Source of the DNA: Vitrella brassicaformis CCMP3155 | Taxonomy: Eukaryota > Protista > Chromerida | DNA: 64,000 nt | NCBI GenBank assembly: GCA_001179505.1 | Contig: CDMY01000481.1 | Coordinates: 4,253 to 68,252 of the forward strand | Direction: 5' to 3' | Shown here: positions 36,364 through 48,389 of the stretch, in pieces | Numbering within the stretch: the first letter of the stretch is position 1 | Layout: every line of letters begins with the position of its first letter | The notes under the pieces: model-generated | What the model saw: only the letters and a program-made list of their open reading frames with translations | The model's database searches: none | What the model was told of the DNA's origin: nothing | Made by a program: the position numbers and the translations under genes

Positions 36364-39300
36364 TTGGCAATCGGCAAGAAGTTCGATAAGATCGAGCACC
36401 CTGAGGAACGGCCTCAATTCTCCATCGTAAGACACATGCAGCTTCTACCTCATTTGCTACCTGTCATTACCGTGATGATCTATCTTCCATTCATGCAGCA
36501 CTTCAAGAAGAGCTGTGCATGTCCTTTTAATGCAGACCATACAATTTCTTTTAAAAAGATGATAGATTGACCAATCGCATCCATGCATTCGCTTGTCCAC
36601 ACATCGTCCCCATGAATCTATCCACATATGCCTATGCACAAACTCTCATTCGATGAGAACACCCCAGCCCCATCCATCGCCCCAACACCACGCCATGACT
36701 GCCTCCCGCCTCTCAAACACAGGCTAGCAGCCCACACCAATGCAACAGACAGACGAGCACGCAGCCACCCATGCACCCGCCCACACCTCCTATCCGACCA
36801 CCCCTGCCTCGTCAACAGCTGCTCAGTCAAGCGCGTGAACAAGTGCTCAGCCTCCCTCCCCCACACCCCATCGACGGTGCCGACCAGAGGGGTGAAGGTC
36901 ATGGACAGATCCTCGCAAACGCGCACGTGCTTGTTCTTCTTTCTGCACTCGTGCGTCGCCAGGATGGATTGTATGGGGCGGGTACCGTATGAGGGAGCAT
37001 CAGCGTCGGTGACGCATACGTCGAACGATACATCTCTCTGGCGGTCCCACACATCACGGATCACCAGGTCCGTCCTGGCCTCCTCCCTCCCCTGCCCATC
37101 CCCCTCCTTCAACACCACCTCCTTGTAGACGCTGTCTGCCCCAAAGGCCATCCTGCTGACGTCGCCAATCACATCCCGCAGCTCGTTGTATCGCTGTATC
37201 ACCAGCCCGCCCTTCGCGCAGTCCAGGGCATGGGTGAGGGTAAAGGTGCAACCGCACCCTGGGCAGCTGGAGGGGAGGTTGGGTGGGCGGTAGCCGTAGC
37301 GAACAGCCAGGCCGTCCCGGAAGGTATCGCCGCTGAGGTCGGTCTGATCGCTGCACGATGGCATGGCGGTAAGCCACGCATGCGTCTTGGCCTCCTGCGC
37401 CCGCCGAGCCGCTCGCTGGCATCCTGGAGGAAGGCGGGAGACGCCGTCGGTGAAGCGCTCCTTGGCCTGTGCGTCCGCCCGCCTCTTCCCCTCGTGAATC
37501 GCCGTGTGCATATGAAGGCGGTGGATGGACGGGTCGAAGGGCTGTTCTGGGGGGTTGCCGTACTAAATGGCGGCGACGAGCACGTTGGTGCCCTGGATGG
37601 ACGTCTCGTACGCCTCAGCGACCAGCTCGGTCGGATCGCGCACCCCCGTGCCACCATGCCGCGCCGGCAGCAGCATGATCGTGGCCTCGGTCTTGTCGAT
37701 GGTCTTGCCACAGAGGCCGGGCAGGTACGTCGTGGCGAGTAGGTGGTGAAGGGGCTTGAAGATCTGCTTCTCCTCGGAGATGACGCGCATGACGAAGTCC
37801 CACTCGGCCTGCAGCGACTTGGTCATGATGGCGTGGGCCTGCTGCGGGCGCTTGGTCGCGGTACGTGCGACGTCCTTGATGCACTCCTCCCACCGCTCCA
37901 CCTTCTGCTGCACATACGCGTGGCGGCCCTCCCTTGTGTCGATGTAGCCGCCCAGGTATCCGCTGCCTGTCGTGATGGTCAGCCCCTCCACCCCCTCAAA
38001 CACCTCTCGCGCCCTCTCCTCTAACCCCTCCCGCACCACCAAGATGGTCTTGTCCGCGGTGGGAAAGTAGCCGTACGGCGGCCCCCTCTCACCGAGCTTG
38101 TCCCACCACTCCCGCGCCCGCTCGAAGGAGCTGCACTTGGACGAGTCGTCTGCGAACCACAGCTGTGGCCCCTGCTCTGCTGGCTCCTTGAGACTGCGGA
38201 TGAGTGGCAGGGTGCCGGCGGCGTACATCGGCATGGCCATCGGGTCGCCCTGCGTGGTCCCCTCCTGACTCCACAGCGGCTCCTTCTCGCCCCTCAGGTA
38301 GAGCGCAGCGTGGCCCTGGTAGGTGTTGAACAGGAACCGGGACGCACGTGGCCACAAGTGCCGGGCATTCCAGAGCGCTGCAGGACGACTGAGGTTGTTG
38401 AAGGCGTTCTTCGCGTCCACCCCCAGCACACACTCCGCCTCCCCCTCACCACAATCAAACAGGCCGCTCACGGCATGAATCGCCGCCTCTATGCCCCCCT
38501 TCAGGCCCGCACACAGCTGGTCCTCGCCGCACTCTCTCTCCAAGTCGAATGCGGTCTCCATGCTCATCGCCTTGCCCATGATGCGCATGAGGACCTCATG
38601 CAAACCATACATACGACCGCCCTTGGAAGAATGAGGATATTCGAGGCGACTCTTGTCCCAAATGTCCGAGCTCTAGTAGAACCAACACGACATCAAACTT
38701 TACCGGATCCATACCAGCCTATGCTCCGTATTCATACAAAGAAAACAAATACCCTATCCCGTGGAAGCACCGGTATGTGATTTGAGTCGAGGCATGTATT
38801 GATCATTGTGTTATCGGTCTGTCAGCACGTATACTTGGGATGCTTATGAGCCTAGCAACTGGCCGCTTTCTGGGTTTCACCTTGATGAGGCCCTCGAAAA
38901 GCGGTACTCCCTGTGAGCACACTTTTACAAAATATCTACCAGGAAAGGAATGGAACGGCGAAAAATACGTCAGACAAGAAGGCCCGAAATACAAAAACAT
39001 CAAAATATGGGTCGCCGGAGCCCCTGGCGGGGTTGGTTCAGGTCTATTACTGGGCCCCTACCATGACAAGGGCAAGGTATAGCGAGCACCAGCCTTGTGT
39101 CTCCATAGTTTATACAAGGCCATTTGCATGACACACACTTTCAATTCTGTTGTATGGCTGCAGACGGGGTGGAATGTGTTTGACGATGACATTGCTTTTT
39201 GGTTGACAACGTGGAAATCAGTTGATGGGCTTTCTCGAAGGACAAAAGAAAGGGAGGAAGATATTCTCCCACACAGAATCGCTTTGCTGGCTCTCAACGT

Positions 39301-39379
39301 TTGCATGTTTCTTGATTACATGTTCTTTTTCGCTATTCCAAGTATAGCAGCAGGCGAGGAGTACTGGGATTGCTGCTGA
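36364..39379 (+). pseudogene. Host gene (hypothetical membrane protein) interrupted by the retrotransposon
   Basis: Removing 36544-38611 joins ..HFKKSCACPFNADHT to YDRPWKNEDIRGDSCPKCPSSSRTNTTSNFTGSIPAYAPYSYKENKYPIPWKH in frame. Later exon-like blocks at ~38826-39076 and ~39165-39379. 5' end uncertain. Confidence 0.55.
36544..38597 (-). mobile_element. 5'-truncated non-LTR retrotransposon, RT plus restriction-like endonuclease (CRE-like)
   Basis: RT motifs LGVDAKNAFN, GTTQGDPMAMPMY and WFADDS. CPGCG..HALDC zinc knuckle, RYNELRD and RTDLVI..FDVCV RLE motifs. Frame change at ~37510-37565. A-rich 3' end. Flanked by ATGCAGACCATACA (36530-36543) and ATGCAAACCATACA (38598-38611). Confidence 0.92.
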
Positions 39380-39741
39380 AGGGTGACTGGTTTAAGTCCT
39401 TGTTTACATTCATGAATCAACGATGAAAGGACAGCTCTTCGCTATGGACTAAGACATCGAGGCCTACGGCCAGCTGCACATGCAGCCAATAATATCTGCT
39501 CGGTCACTCATGCTTCGATCACTAATTCTTCAACAAGCTACCATGACCTGAGCTGGCATTGCATCGATGAAAGGGACAAGGACCAGAAGTCGTCTATTTT
39601 GCAACTCAGAAGATTGGTCGGTTATGGCACGCCATACACACTGACTGCAGGGTGCGTCGATCAGCCAATCCTTACTTCCGTGGCTGCATGAATGCATCCT
39701 GCCCTGTCTCTCTCCCTGTTGCCACTGTGTGCCTCTGTGGC

Positions 39742-41722
39742 TTATTTTGTGGCAATGAATGCATGTAATGCTGTCTGTGAGAGTTGGCTGCGTGTCATGC
39801 TGTCGTCTGTGAGACTCACTCGTTCGAAAAAAACTCGGAAGAGAATTGTGTCGCAGGCACATCGCAGTCATCCATTCATGCATAGTGAATGTCTGTGTGC
39901 GCACACCTGCGCATGCACGTTTGGACTTGGAGTGTGTCTATATAATGAATGTCTGTGTGCGCATCCTTGCGCATGCACGTGTCGACTTGGAGTGTGCATA
40001 TGATGAAGTCTCTGTATGTATATAATGAATGTCTGTATGCGCACACCTGCGCATGCACGGGTCGACTTAAAGTGTGGATGTGTAAGGAACGCCTCTGTGC
40101 GCACCCCTGCGCATGCACATGCACGTGTCGACTTGGAAAGTGTGTTATGTAATAAATGTCTTTGTGCGCACACCTGCACATGCATGCGTGGACTTAAAGT
40201 GTGTGTATGTAGTGAATGTCTGTGTGCGCACTCCTGCGCATGCACGTCTGGACTTGAAGTGTGTACGTATGAGGAATGTCTGTGTGCGCATACCTGCGCA
40301 TGCACGTGTGGACTTGGAGTGTGTGTATATGATGCATGTTTGTGTGCGCACACCTGCGGATGCACGTGTCGACTTGGAGTGTGTGTACATAGTGAATGTC
40401 TCTGTATGTATATGATGAATGTCGGTGTGCGCATACCTGCGCATGCACATTTGGACTAAAAGTCTGTATGTATGTGGACTGTCTATGTTGAGCTGACTGT
40501 CATTTGCGTCGTACTCGAGCAGCTTTTCGAAGGCCTCAACACGCCCCCACTGATTGACGCAAGCAGAGGACAAGGCGTGTGGTGATATACTCAGACATAC
40601 GTACCTGTGCAGCGACATGGATGGCCGCGTATCCAACCTGCAAGAGGCAGGGCAGTGCATGTCTGCGTATTGAATGCCGCCCTTTCCTACCGTCCCTGTT
40701 TGTTCAAGAAGCGCGTTGCCCCGCATTTGATACATAAAGTGGATCACATTGGTGTGACCATACATGGCAGCCTGAGTAAATGAGAAATGGCAGCTCGAGT
40801 GAATTAGACAATGCAAGCGGCCTTGACGAAGCGGCCTCCACTACCTCGATGAAAGGCGTATTGCGCCACTGAGTTTAATAACACACATCACACTGGCCAT
40901 GGAAGACAGACCTAATGTTCTTTTCATTCGTACGCTGCTGAACTCCTCGCGTTCGTCGAGCATGGAAGGCCCATGAACCTCCAGCAATTTGGAAACCGCG
41001 TACAGATCTCCTTTCTTCACGGCCGCAAAGATGCCTTTCTGCAACGGAAAGGACAGCAAGTACGTTATGGCTCAGCTGTTATCGAATCGCCAATACCGAT
41101 TCAATCTCAAGAGTGGCTTGGCGGGCCAATGGGGAAGCAGTTGGTGATGAAGGGCCGTCTGCAATGCCACGGGTCAGACGCTCGAGTGCAGCCTGACGGC
41201 GGCCACCCACAGGCGACGAGCTTGACCGGCGGCGGAGACCCAGAAAACTCAAGAAAGCTGCGGCCACAGATCCCGATGAGCGACGAGATTCAGACGGAGA
41301 ACTCGGGTCGTGCTCTTCCATCGCTTCCAGAGCCTTCTCGTCCTCGTTCTCTCTGGCGACATCCAAAGGCGTCTTGCCCTAGATTGCCAGAGGCAAGTGA
41401 GCGTACTGATGGGCAGAGAGGTGATACCTGATTGTTCTTGATTTTCCACAGAGACGGCTCCCATTCGAGCAACTGATTGACCACTTCCAGGTAATCTTCT
41501 TTCGTCTCCAGGAGGGCGGCGTGCAGTGCCGTGTTCCCCTTCTGCACATAAATGGCAAAGAGACATGGATCACATCCTTGACCAAATGTTCATCTGCCTT
41601 GTTTTGTACCTCCGATTGTTTCTTCAAATCCTCTTTGCCACCCTTTCTTGCATGAATGGCTTTTACGACCTCTATATGGCCGAACTGGGCAGCCCCCCAG
41701 AATGGAGAAACGCCAGTCTGTC
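39742..41722 (-). CDS. Ankyrin-repeat protein (multi-exon; 5' exons lie beyond the array at 41740)
   Basis: Exons GVSPFWGAAQFGHIEVVKAIH, KGNTALHAALL..YLEVVNQLLE, GKTPLDVARE, KGIFAAVKKGDLYAVSKLLE, AAMYGHTNVIHFM and QWGRVEAFEKLLEYDAN, plus a TALH-containing block at ~39745-39790. Confidence 0.8.
39880..40450 (+). repeat. 60-bp minisatellite array, orientation A
   Basis: Unit ~GTGTGTATATGATGAATGTCTGTGTGCGCACACCTGCGCATGCACGTGTCGACTTGGAGT repeated about 9-10 times with variants. A single partial unit also at ~29828-29870. Confidence 0.92.
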
Positions 41723-41739
41723 ACACATAGACGCATACA

Positions 41740-42620
41740 CACACTCCATACACACACTCCAAGTTCAAACGTACATGCGCAGGTGTGCGCACAGAGACAT
41801 TCATCATATACACACACTCCAAGTCCAAACGTGTATGCGCAGGTGTGCGCACAGAGACATTCATCACATACACACACTCCAAGTCGACACGTGTATGCAC
41901 AGGTGTGCGCACAGCATGCGCAGGTGTGCGCACGGAGACATGCATCACATACACACACTCCAAGTCGACACGTGTATGCGCAGGTGTGCGCACACAGACA
42001 TTAATTATATATACACACTCCAAGTCGACACGTGCATGCACCGGGATGCGCACACATACGTTCATCATATATACACACTCCAAGTCCAAACGTGCATGCG
42101 CAGGGGTGCGCACACATACATTTCTCATATACACACACTCCATACACACACTCCAAGTCGACACGCACGCTTCAAGTCGNNNNNNNNNNNNNNNNNNNNN
42201 NNNNNNNNNNNNNNNNNNNNNNNNNNNNNNNNNNNNNNNNNNNNNNNNNNNNNNNNNNNNNNNNNNNNNNNNNNNNNNNNNNNNNNNNNNNNNNNNNNNN
42301 NNNNNNNNNNNNNNNNNNNNNNNNNNNNNNNNNNNNNNNNNNNNNNNNNNNNNNNNNNNNNNNNNNNNNNNNNNNNNNNNNNNNNNNNNNNNNNNNNNNN
42401 NNNNNNNNNNNNNNNNNNNNNNNNNNNNNNNNNNNNNNNNNNNNNNNNNNNNNNNNNNNNNNNNNNNNNNNNNNNNNNNCATCATATACACGCACTCCAA
42501 GTCGACACGTGTATGCGCAGGTGTGCGCACAGCATGCGCAGGGGTGCGCACACAGATATTAATCATATACACACACTCCCAAGTCGACACGTGCATGCGC
42601 AGGAATGCGCACACAGACAT
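41740..42620 (-). repeat. 60-bp minisatellite array, orientation B (reverse complement of 39880-40450); contains gap 42180-42479
   Basis: Unit ACACACTCCAAGTCGACACGTGTATGCGCAGGTGTGCGCACAGAGACATTCATCATATAC. Confidence 0.92.
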
Positions 42621-42794
42621 TCCTCATTACGTGACTCGTGCGACCCCCTGCTTCCCACCCACCCACCCAGTGCAATGCAATGTGGAGCAGCAAATCGATC
42701 CCATCAGATCAGTCGAGCCAACAACAACGAGCCAGTGGCACACAACCCTTTCCCATGACACCCGGCCACCCGGCAGCCAACCCCACCCACACAC

Positions 42795-44624
42795 TCACAG
42801 GATGGACGCCAACTTATACTCAATGTACCGCTCCTTACCAGTGCTACCCAGTCTGGCGGGCAGGATGAACCGCCACACCTCACCCACACGCATGTCAGTG
42901 AACATCTCCTGGCCCCACTCAGAACATTCAGACACACGACACTCATACCCACGGGCCTCAGCTATCCTGTCTCGTCCGGCGAGGCCGTCACGCCACTCGA
43001 TGTAGTCGCACTTGACGCGCTGGTCACGTGTCGGTCTGGGTTCACTGCCCGGCTGCACGATCTTGTACCGCACTCCTGACGGCAATAGCTTGAAGACATC
43101 ACTGAGCAATGACAGACAAGACAGCGAGTGAAGACGCCAGTGCACTCTATGCTGCTGTTATCTTACGTGGGCTGCTGCCCGAGGCCACCGCTGAACGATC
43201 AACAATGCAGAGAATCAGCACATGAGTGTCGGCGCTTCCGCATCGTCCAAGACTCACCTTGTCTGATGTGCCTTGCTGGCTTTGGGGCTCTCGTCGGTGA
43301 GGCCGTACATAAACGCATTGGTGTCAAAGGCATGCTGCTCGGTGGGATTGGCCATCTTGAGCACGGCAGCCATGTCGGTGGCCGACGCGCCGAGCCGTTT
43401 GCGGCGATAGTGGTCGACCATACGGCTGATGTGGTCGGCCTGGACGTCCTCCACCGGACGAGACCACCTGCACACCACACGCAAAGCAGCGGCGAATCAT
43501 CATGTGTATCTCCGTCTTCCGTCTGCGGCTCACATGTCGAATCGGTTGCGGAGCTTGTCGCTCATTTCGTCAATGGTCGACTGAGTGGTGGCTACTTTCT
43601 CTCCGCATACCTCCACCGAGCGAATCCATTCGTTGCCGTTCAGAGGTCGCAGAAATGGTGTGACTGCCTGGTCATCACACATAGACACAAGCCAGAGCAT
43701 CGAACGTAACTGTACCTCTTGCCGCTTTCTGATGCTCACCTTGATTTCGTTGTTGAGATTTTCGCCTCGTCGTTTGGCGGCCGCCAACTCGGCCTCCAGC
43801 CGGACCTTCTCAGCAGCAAACGCCTTGACGAAAGAACCGACCGCCTCGATAAAGCCGTTCAGGTCCTCGGGAGCCCCGGTCAGTCGCATCGTCGGCTCAG
43901 TGACAATACTGGTTGTCCCTGCAATAGCCGAGTCGATTGGTGACAGCATTTTCTCGATCCAGTAATCATGAAGCCCTGCATCACAGAGAGAGAGAGATGG
44001 ACACAAAGGAACAAGACAACCTCTCCCTCTCACTTTGCCCACTCACCAGTGAAGTTGCGTCTTCTTGCGTCTTCGAGAAGGTGGCTGATGGACGCCTGCG
44101 TGTTGGCCGTGCGGACAGTGGCGCTTCGGAGGGTCTCCGCGTCCAAGATGGCCTTGTGGATGACCTTGAAGGCGGCCGAATCCATATCGACGAACATGCG
44201 CTCTTTCTTGTCCTTGTCATTGACGATAATGAAACGGCCGTCCCAGCTCCCACCAAACAGAGTGGCCAGTAGGATGCCCTCGACACCCCCTCCTTGCGTG
44301 AGGCGCTGACGCTTCACACTCAGCTCGTAGCCGCCCACATTGAGCAGCAGCATGTCGTCAGACGAGGCCTTTGACGCATCCGAGGCGCCGTGCTTCTGCC
44401 GCTCTTGCTGGGCCTCATAATCAGCTTGTTGGATTTGTTTGTGAAGAGAGTCGATGGCGTCGCTGGCCTTGGTCGTGGGAACGTGGAGTTTGTCGAAAAT
44501 CGAGATGACGCTGAACTTCTGGGCTGACAACTCGGCCTGCATCTTCGGTATGAGCCACCTGACGTCGCTGCATCACCCAGTGACACCCACGCACACACAG
44601 AAACGCGCCCGGAAGTTGATTCAT
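42795..44624 (-). CDS. BTB/POZ (KCTD-type, two domains) protein with C-terminal divergent FKBP-like domain
   Basis: Phase-consistent splicing MNQLPGA|DVRWLIPKMQAEL. LLLNVGGYELSVKR..LFGGSWDGR..RMFVDMDSAAF (BTB). Second degenerate BTB around WIRSVEVCGEKVATTQSTI. Terminal exon LPSGVRYKIVQPGSEPRPTRDQRVKCDY..MRVGEVWRFILP (FKBP-like). Confidence 0.8.
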
Positions 44625-44842
44625 TGGCAGATCTGCGTCCTTTTGTCGTCGTATAGCGCTCCTTAACCCACCTCGTGCTTTCCAAATTGGAAATTCCTTG
44701 CGAGCCGAGAAGACAAGCTCGCCGCAGGAACGTGAGGGGCATCACCTCTGCCAGTGCGTCATGTGAACCAGGTGAAAGAGCACACAAGAGAAAGCAAAAA
44801 GACGGAGGCGATCCATCGCTTCCCTTCCCTCTGCCGATACAG

Positions 44843-45667
44843 ATGAACGACCGCGTTGTCGGCCTCTTCGACGGCCATTTCGTATATGAGGATGGCCACG
44901 GAGGCTACGAGATGGACGTCAAGGGCGAGCGGCGGGCCATCTTGCCCGCCTTCCACCCGCAGATCAAGCTGTGCTTTAGTGACCCCAAGAACAGCAGCAG
45001 CAGCAAGGCCAACCAGGAATGGTACGCTCCACCAGATGCAGAGAGAAGGGGGGAGCCGGTCAACTCTTAAGTGTATGTATGTATTGTGCTGTCAGTAGTG
45101 ACACACCGAAGATACCTCGCGGAGCCAGGTGACCGCAGCACACACCTGTGGCACATACATCTGCATCTCCTTTTCCTCTCTCTGTGTGTGCCTTTGCATT
45201 TTGTCAGCGGTGAGTCGGTGCCCTACCGCTCGCGTGTGACGTCATCCTCACCTTCACCTGTGGCTCCACCACCACCACCAGCAATGGCGGCTCCACCACC
45301 ACCACCACCAGCAATGGCGGCGATGAGACCGAAAGTGTCTATCGAGCTGACGGACCCCGGCGTGCAACACCAGGTCGTGCAGCAGGGCGCCGGCCGCCAG
45401 CCGGCCGCCGACGATCGAGTGACCTTCGACGTCACCATGTGGGAGGACAAAATCCACGGCAGCCAAAAGACGGTGGAGTGCCATGGCGTGACGTGTGCCG
45501 TGACCGACGAGCTGCTCTGTGACTGGCAGAGGGAGACGGTGCTGCTCATGTCTGCGGGGGAGGTGCGGCACCTCACTGTGCCGTCAGAGGTGCAGGAATG
45601 GGTGCTGCAGGACAAGCGGATGGGATATGGAGAAATGAGGCTGGTGGCCATCCATGCTGACAATTAG
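44843..45667 (+). CDS. Pro-rich protein with divergent FKBP-like domain
   Basis: PGVQHQVVQQGAGRQPAADDRVTFDVTMWE..MSAGEVRHLTVPSE resembles the FKBP fold. Upstream exon ~44843-45020; start uncertain. Confidence 0.6.
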
Positions 45668-46319
45668 TGGGCTGTCGATCTGTGTAGAGGTGGGGGAGGG
45701 AGGGGGGATTGACGTATAGGGGAGCGGGGTGGGCGGGGGGTCTTCGTGCGGGTGGCCGATCGTCTTCACGTGGTGTGTGTGGATAGAAATGGTGCGTGTC
45801 TGTCATGGATGTTCACGTGGCTGTTTTATGCGTGTACAGAGGTGAATGGGACTCATCGCATCTTCTTTGCAATTCCAAATGCCTCTTCAGATGCGAAGAT
45901 GCATTCATCGTCAGATTGCAATGCAATGGATCACATCAGAGTCTCACACGAACCCGCACATGAAACCTTCGTGTGCATCCATTTGTCGAGAGAGGATGGC
46001 AGAAAGAGCAAACTAGCCGAAGAGAGAGACGGGGATGACGGTGGGATACTAGAAATGATGGGACTGTGTAGCCTCTCCTGCAGATGCACCGTTAGGCGGG
46101 TCTATCTACAGGCACACGCACTCTACGCCCCACCGTCGGTATATCTGTCTGTCGTCTGTGTGTGATAGAGTCAGTCGTCCTCCTCCTCCTCGTCTCCCGT
46201 GCTGGCGTCCTCCATCTCCGCATCGCTCTCGTCGCTTTCCTCGTCGTCTGAGGGCTCCTCGTCTGTGAAGAGCTCTACCTTGAGTGTCTCATCGACGGCC
46301 TCCTCGAGGTCGGAGGACC

Positions 46320-46862
46320 TGCATGCGCAGGTGTGCGCACACAAACATTCATGATATACACGCACTCCAAGTCCACACGTGCACCTGCGCACAGAGAGAT
46401 TCATCATATACACGCACTCCAAGTCCACACGTGCATGCGCAGGTGTGCGCACAGAGACATTCATCATATACACGCACTCCAAGTCCACACGCGCATGCGC
46501 AGGTGTGCGCACACAAACATTCATGATATACACGCACTCCAAGTCGACACGTGCATGCGCAGGGGTGCACACACACAGGTTCATTATGTACACACACACC
46601 AAGTCGACACGTGTGTGTGCGCAAACCCTGGTCATATACACATACTCCAAGTCGACACGTGCATGCGCACGTGTGCGCACACAGACATTCATTATACACA
46701 CACATTCAAAGTCGACACGTGCATGCGCAGGTGTGCGCACAGAGACATTTATCATATACACGCACTCCAAGTCCACACGTGCATGCGCAGGTGTGCGCAG
46801 GTGTGCGCATACAGACATTCATCATATACACGCACTCCAAGTCGACACGTGCATGCGCACGT
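46320..46862 (-). repeat. 60-bp minisatellite array, orientation B
   Basis: Exact 60-nt periodicity visible over 46381-46560. Confidence 0.93.
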
Positions 46863-47141
46863 GTGCGGACACATCGGCAGGTTCTTCTCTTGGGTCCTCC
46901 CGGTAGATGAGGTGCTCCGCAACCATCCTTATCGACAGACCTACAACATGAATGACCCTGTCATTCGTCATGGAAAGCGTTTCTATCGCTCATTCCAGGC
47001 ATTCATCAATCCAACACATTGAATTGACCAGAGTGGGGGAGGGACCGTCAAGCAAACGAGGGAGGTGATGCAATCTTATGCCGATCAGAACGACTCTCGC
47101 TGGAATTCATTGTCACTGATGACATCAGTGATGGAAGAATA

Positions 47142-47359
47142 TGTTGGGTTTTGATAGCAGGGTTTGTGCTTAGCTTGCAGACATGTCTTTCTATTTCGTG
47201 CATCTTCGGTGAGCGTTGGCAGCTCTCGTGCGTGTCTTGCTTGGCGGGCTGGCCATGCCCATGATGGACTCGTGCGTTGCGTGCCTTGCGTAAAGGCTTG
47301 TACGGCAGAGATTGATCCTTCTGACCACGGTGTGTGTTCGGCACACAGCAACTTCAACA
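47142..47359 (+). mobile_element. Putative 5' LTR of a Ty1/copia element
   Basis: Starts TGTTG, ends CAACA, immediately followed by TGG (PBS-like TGGGCGCAGC) and then the gag ORF. Second LTR not visible. Confidence 0.55.
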
Positions 47360-47443
47360 TGGGCGCAGCAAGAAGGTTTCTCTGCTGAAGCAAGGCTACT
47401 GCTGCTTGTATAGACTGTCCTCTGTTGATTCTGCACTGAGGCT

Positions 47444-48089
47444 ATGGCGGGCCGAGGCTTTGAGATCACCATCGACGACCAGCGTCTCACGGTTCCCGAG
47501 CTGGACGGCGACTCTCACGCGTATCTGAGCTGGACCTGGAAGGTCAGTCGGCTGCTCTCTTCCTATGCTGAGCGCGGAGTGATGCCCGAGCAATGGAGGG
47601 ATGGTGAGGAGGCTGCCAACCTCACCAAGGCGACTCTGCAAGCGAATGCGACGGCAGCGAATGCGACTGACGAGGCAAAGAACAAATGGAAGTCCGCACA
47701 GGGACTGTGGCGTATCCTCGTGGGCGTCTGCAAAGGAAGAGCGGCTACTTACCTGCAGCAGATGGGCAACACAGAGGAGGGCAATGGCGCATACGCGTGG
47801 TGGCATCTTCGCAACTGCTACCTGCGCAACAAGAACCAGATGGGCACGATGCTGGCTCAGCAGCTCCGCTCATTCGCCTGGCAGACCCTCGAGCCTGAGA
47901 CGGAGATCCTGCGCTTCGAGAGCCTGGTGAATCAGTATCGGGTGTGCATGGGCGAGGAGCTCTCACAGCTGGATCAGCAGGCCTACCTGACTGACTCCAT
48001 CCCCACCACCGAGACGAGCCTCAGCATCCTGAAGGAGAACATCCTCAGCGAGAACTTGGGGCTGGACGCCATCAAGGACCGTCTGCGCA
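47444..48089 (+). mobile_element. Ty1/copia-type gag, truncated by gap 48090-48389
   Basis: Intronless ORF with LWRILVGVCKGRAATYLQQMGNTEEGNGAYAWWHLRNCY and ILRFESLVNQYR..AYLTDSIP, typical of copia gag (UBN2/Retrotran_gag_2-like). Confidence 0.75.
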
Positions 48090-48389
48090 NNNNNNNNNNN
48101 NNNNNNNNNNNNNNNNNNNNNNNNNNNNNNNNNNNNNNNNNNNNNNNNNNNNNNNNNNNNNNNNNNNNNNNNNNNNNNNNNNNNNNNNNNNNNNNNNNNN
48201 NNNNNNNNNNNNNNNNNNNNNNNNNNNNNNNNNNNNNNNNNNNNNNNNNNNNNNNNNNNNNNNNNNNNNNNNNNNNNNNNNNNNNNNNNNNNNNNNNNNN
48301 NNNNNNNNNNNNNNNNNNNNNNNNNNNNNNNNNNNNNNNNNNNNNNNNNNNNNNNNNNNNNNNNNNNNNNNNNNNNNNNNNNNNNNNNN

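Noticed and set aside
36628-38780. Plus-strand ORFs antisense to the retrotransposon (e.g. 36628-37128, 37230-37742)
   Set aside because: Shadow ORFs of a GC-rich coding strand.
40450-41740. Foldback or Pack-type transposon that captured an ankyrin fragment between inverted arrays
   Set aside because: An ankyrin TALH block continues outside the left array (~39745-39790), the enclosed segment starts at a normal splice acceptor, and no TSD was seen. The arrays look intronic.
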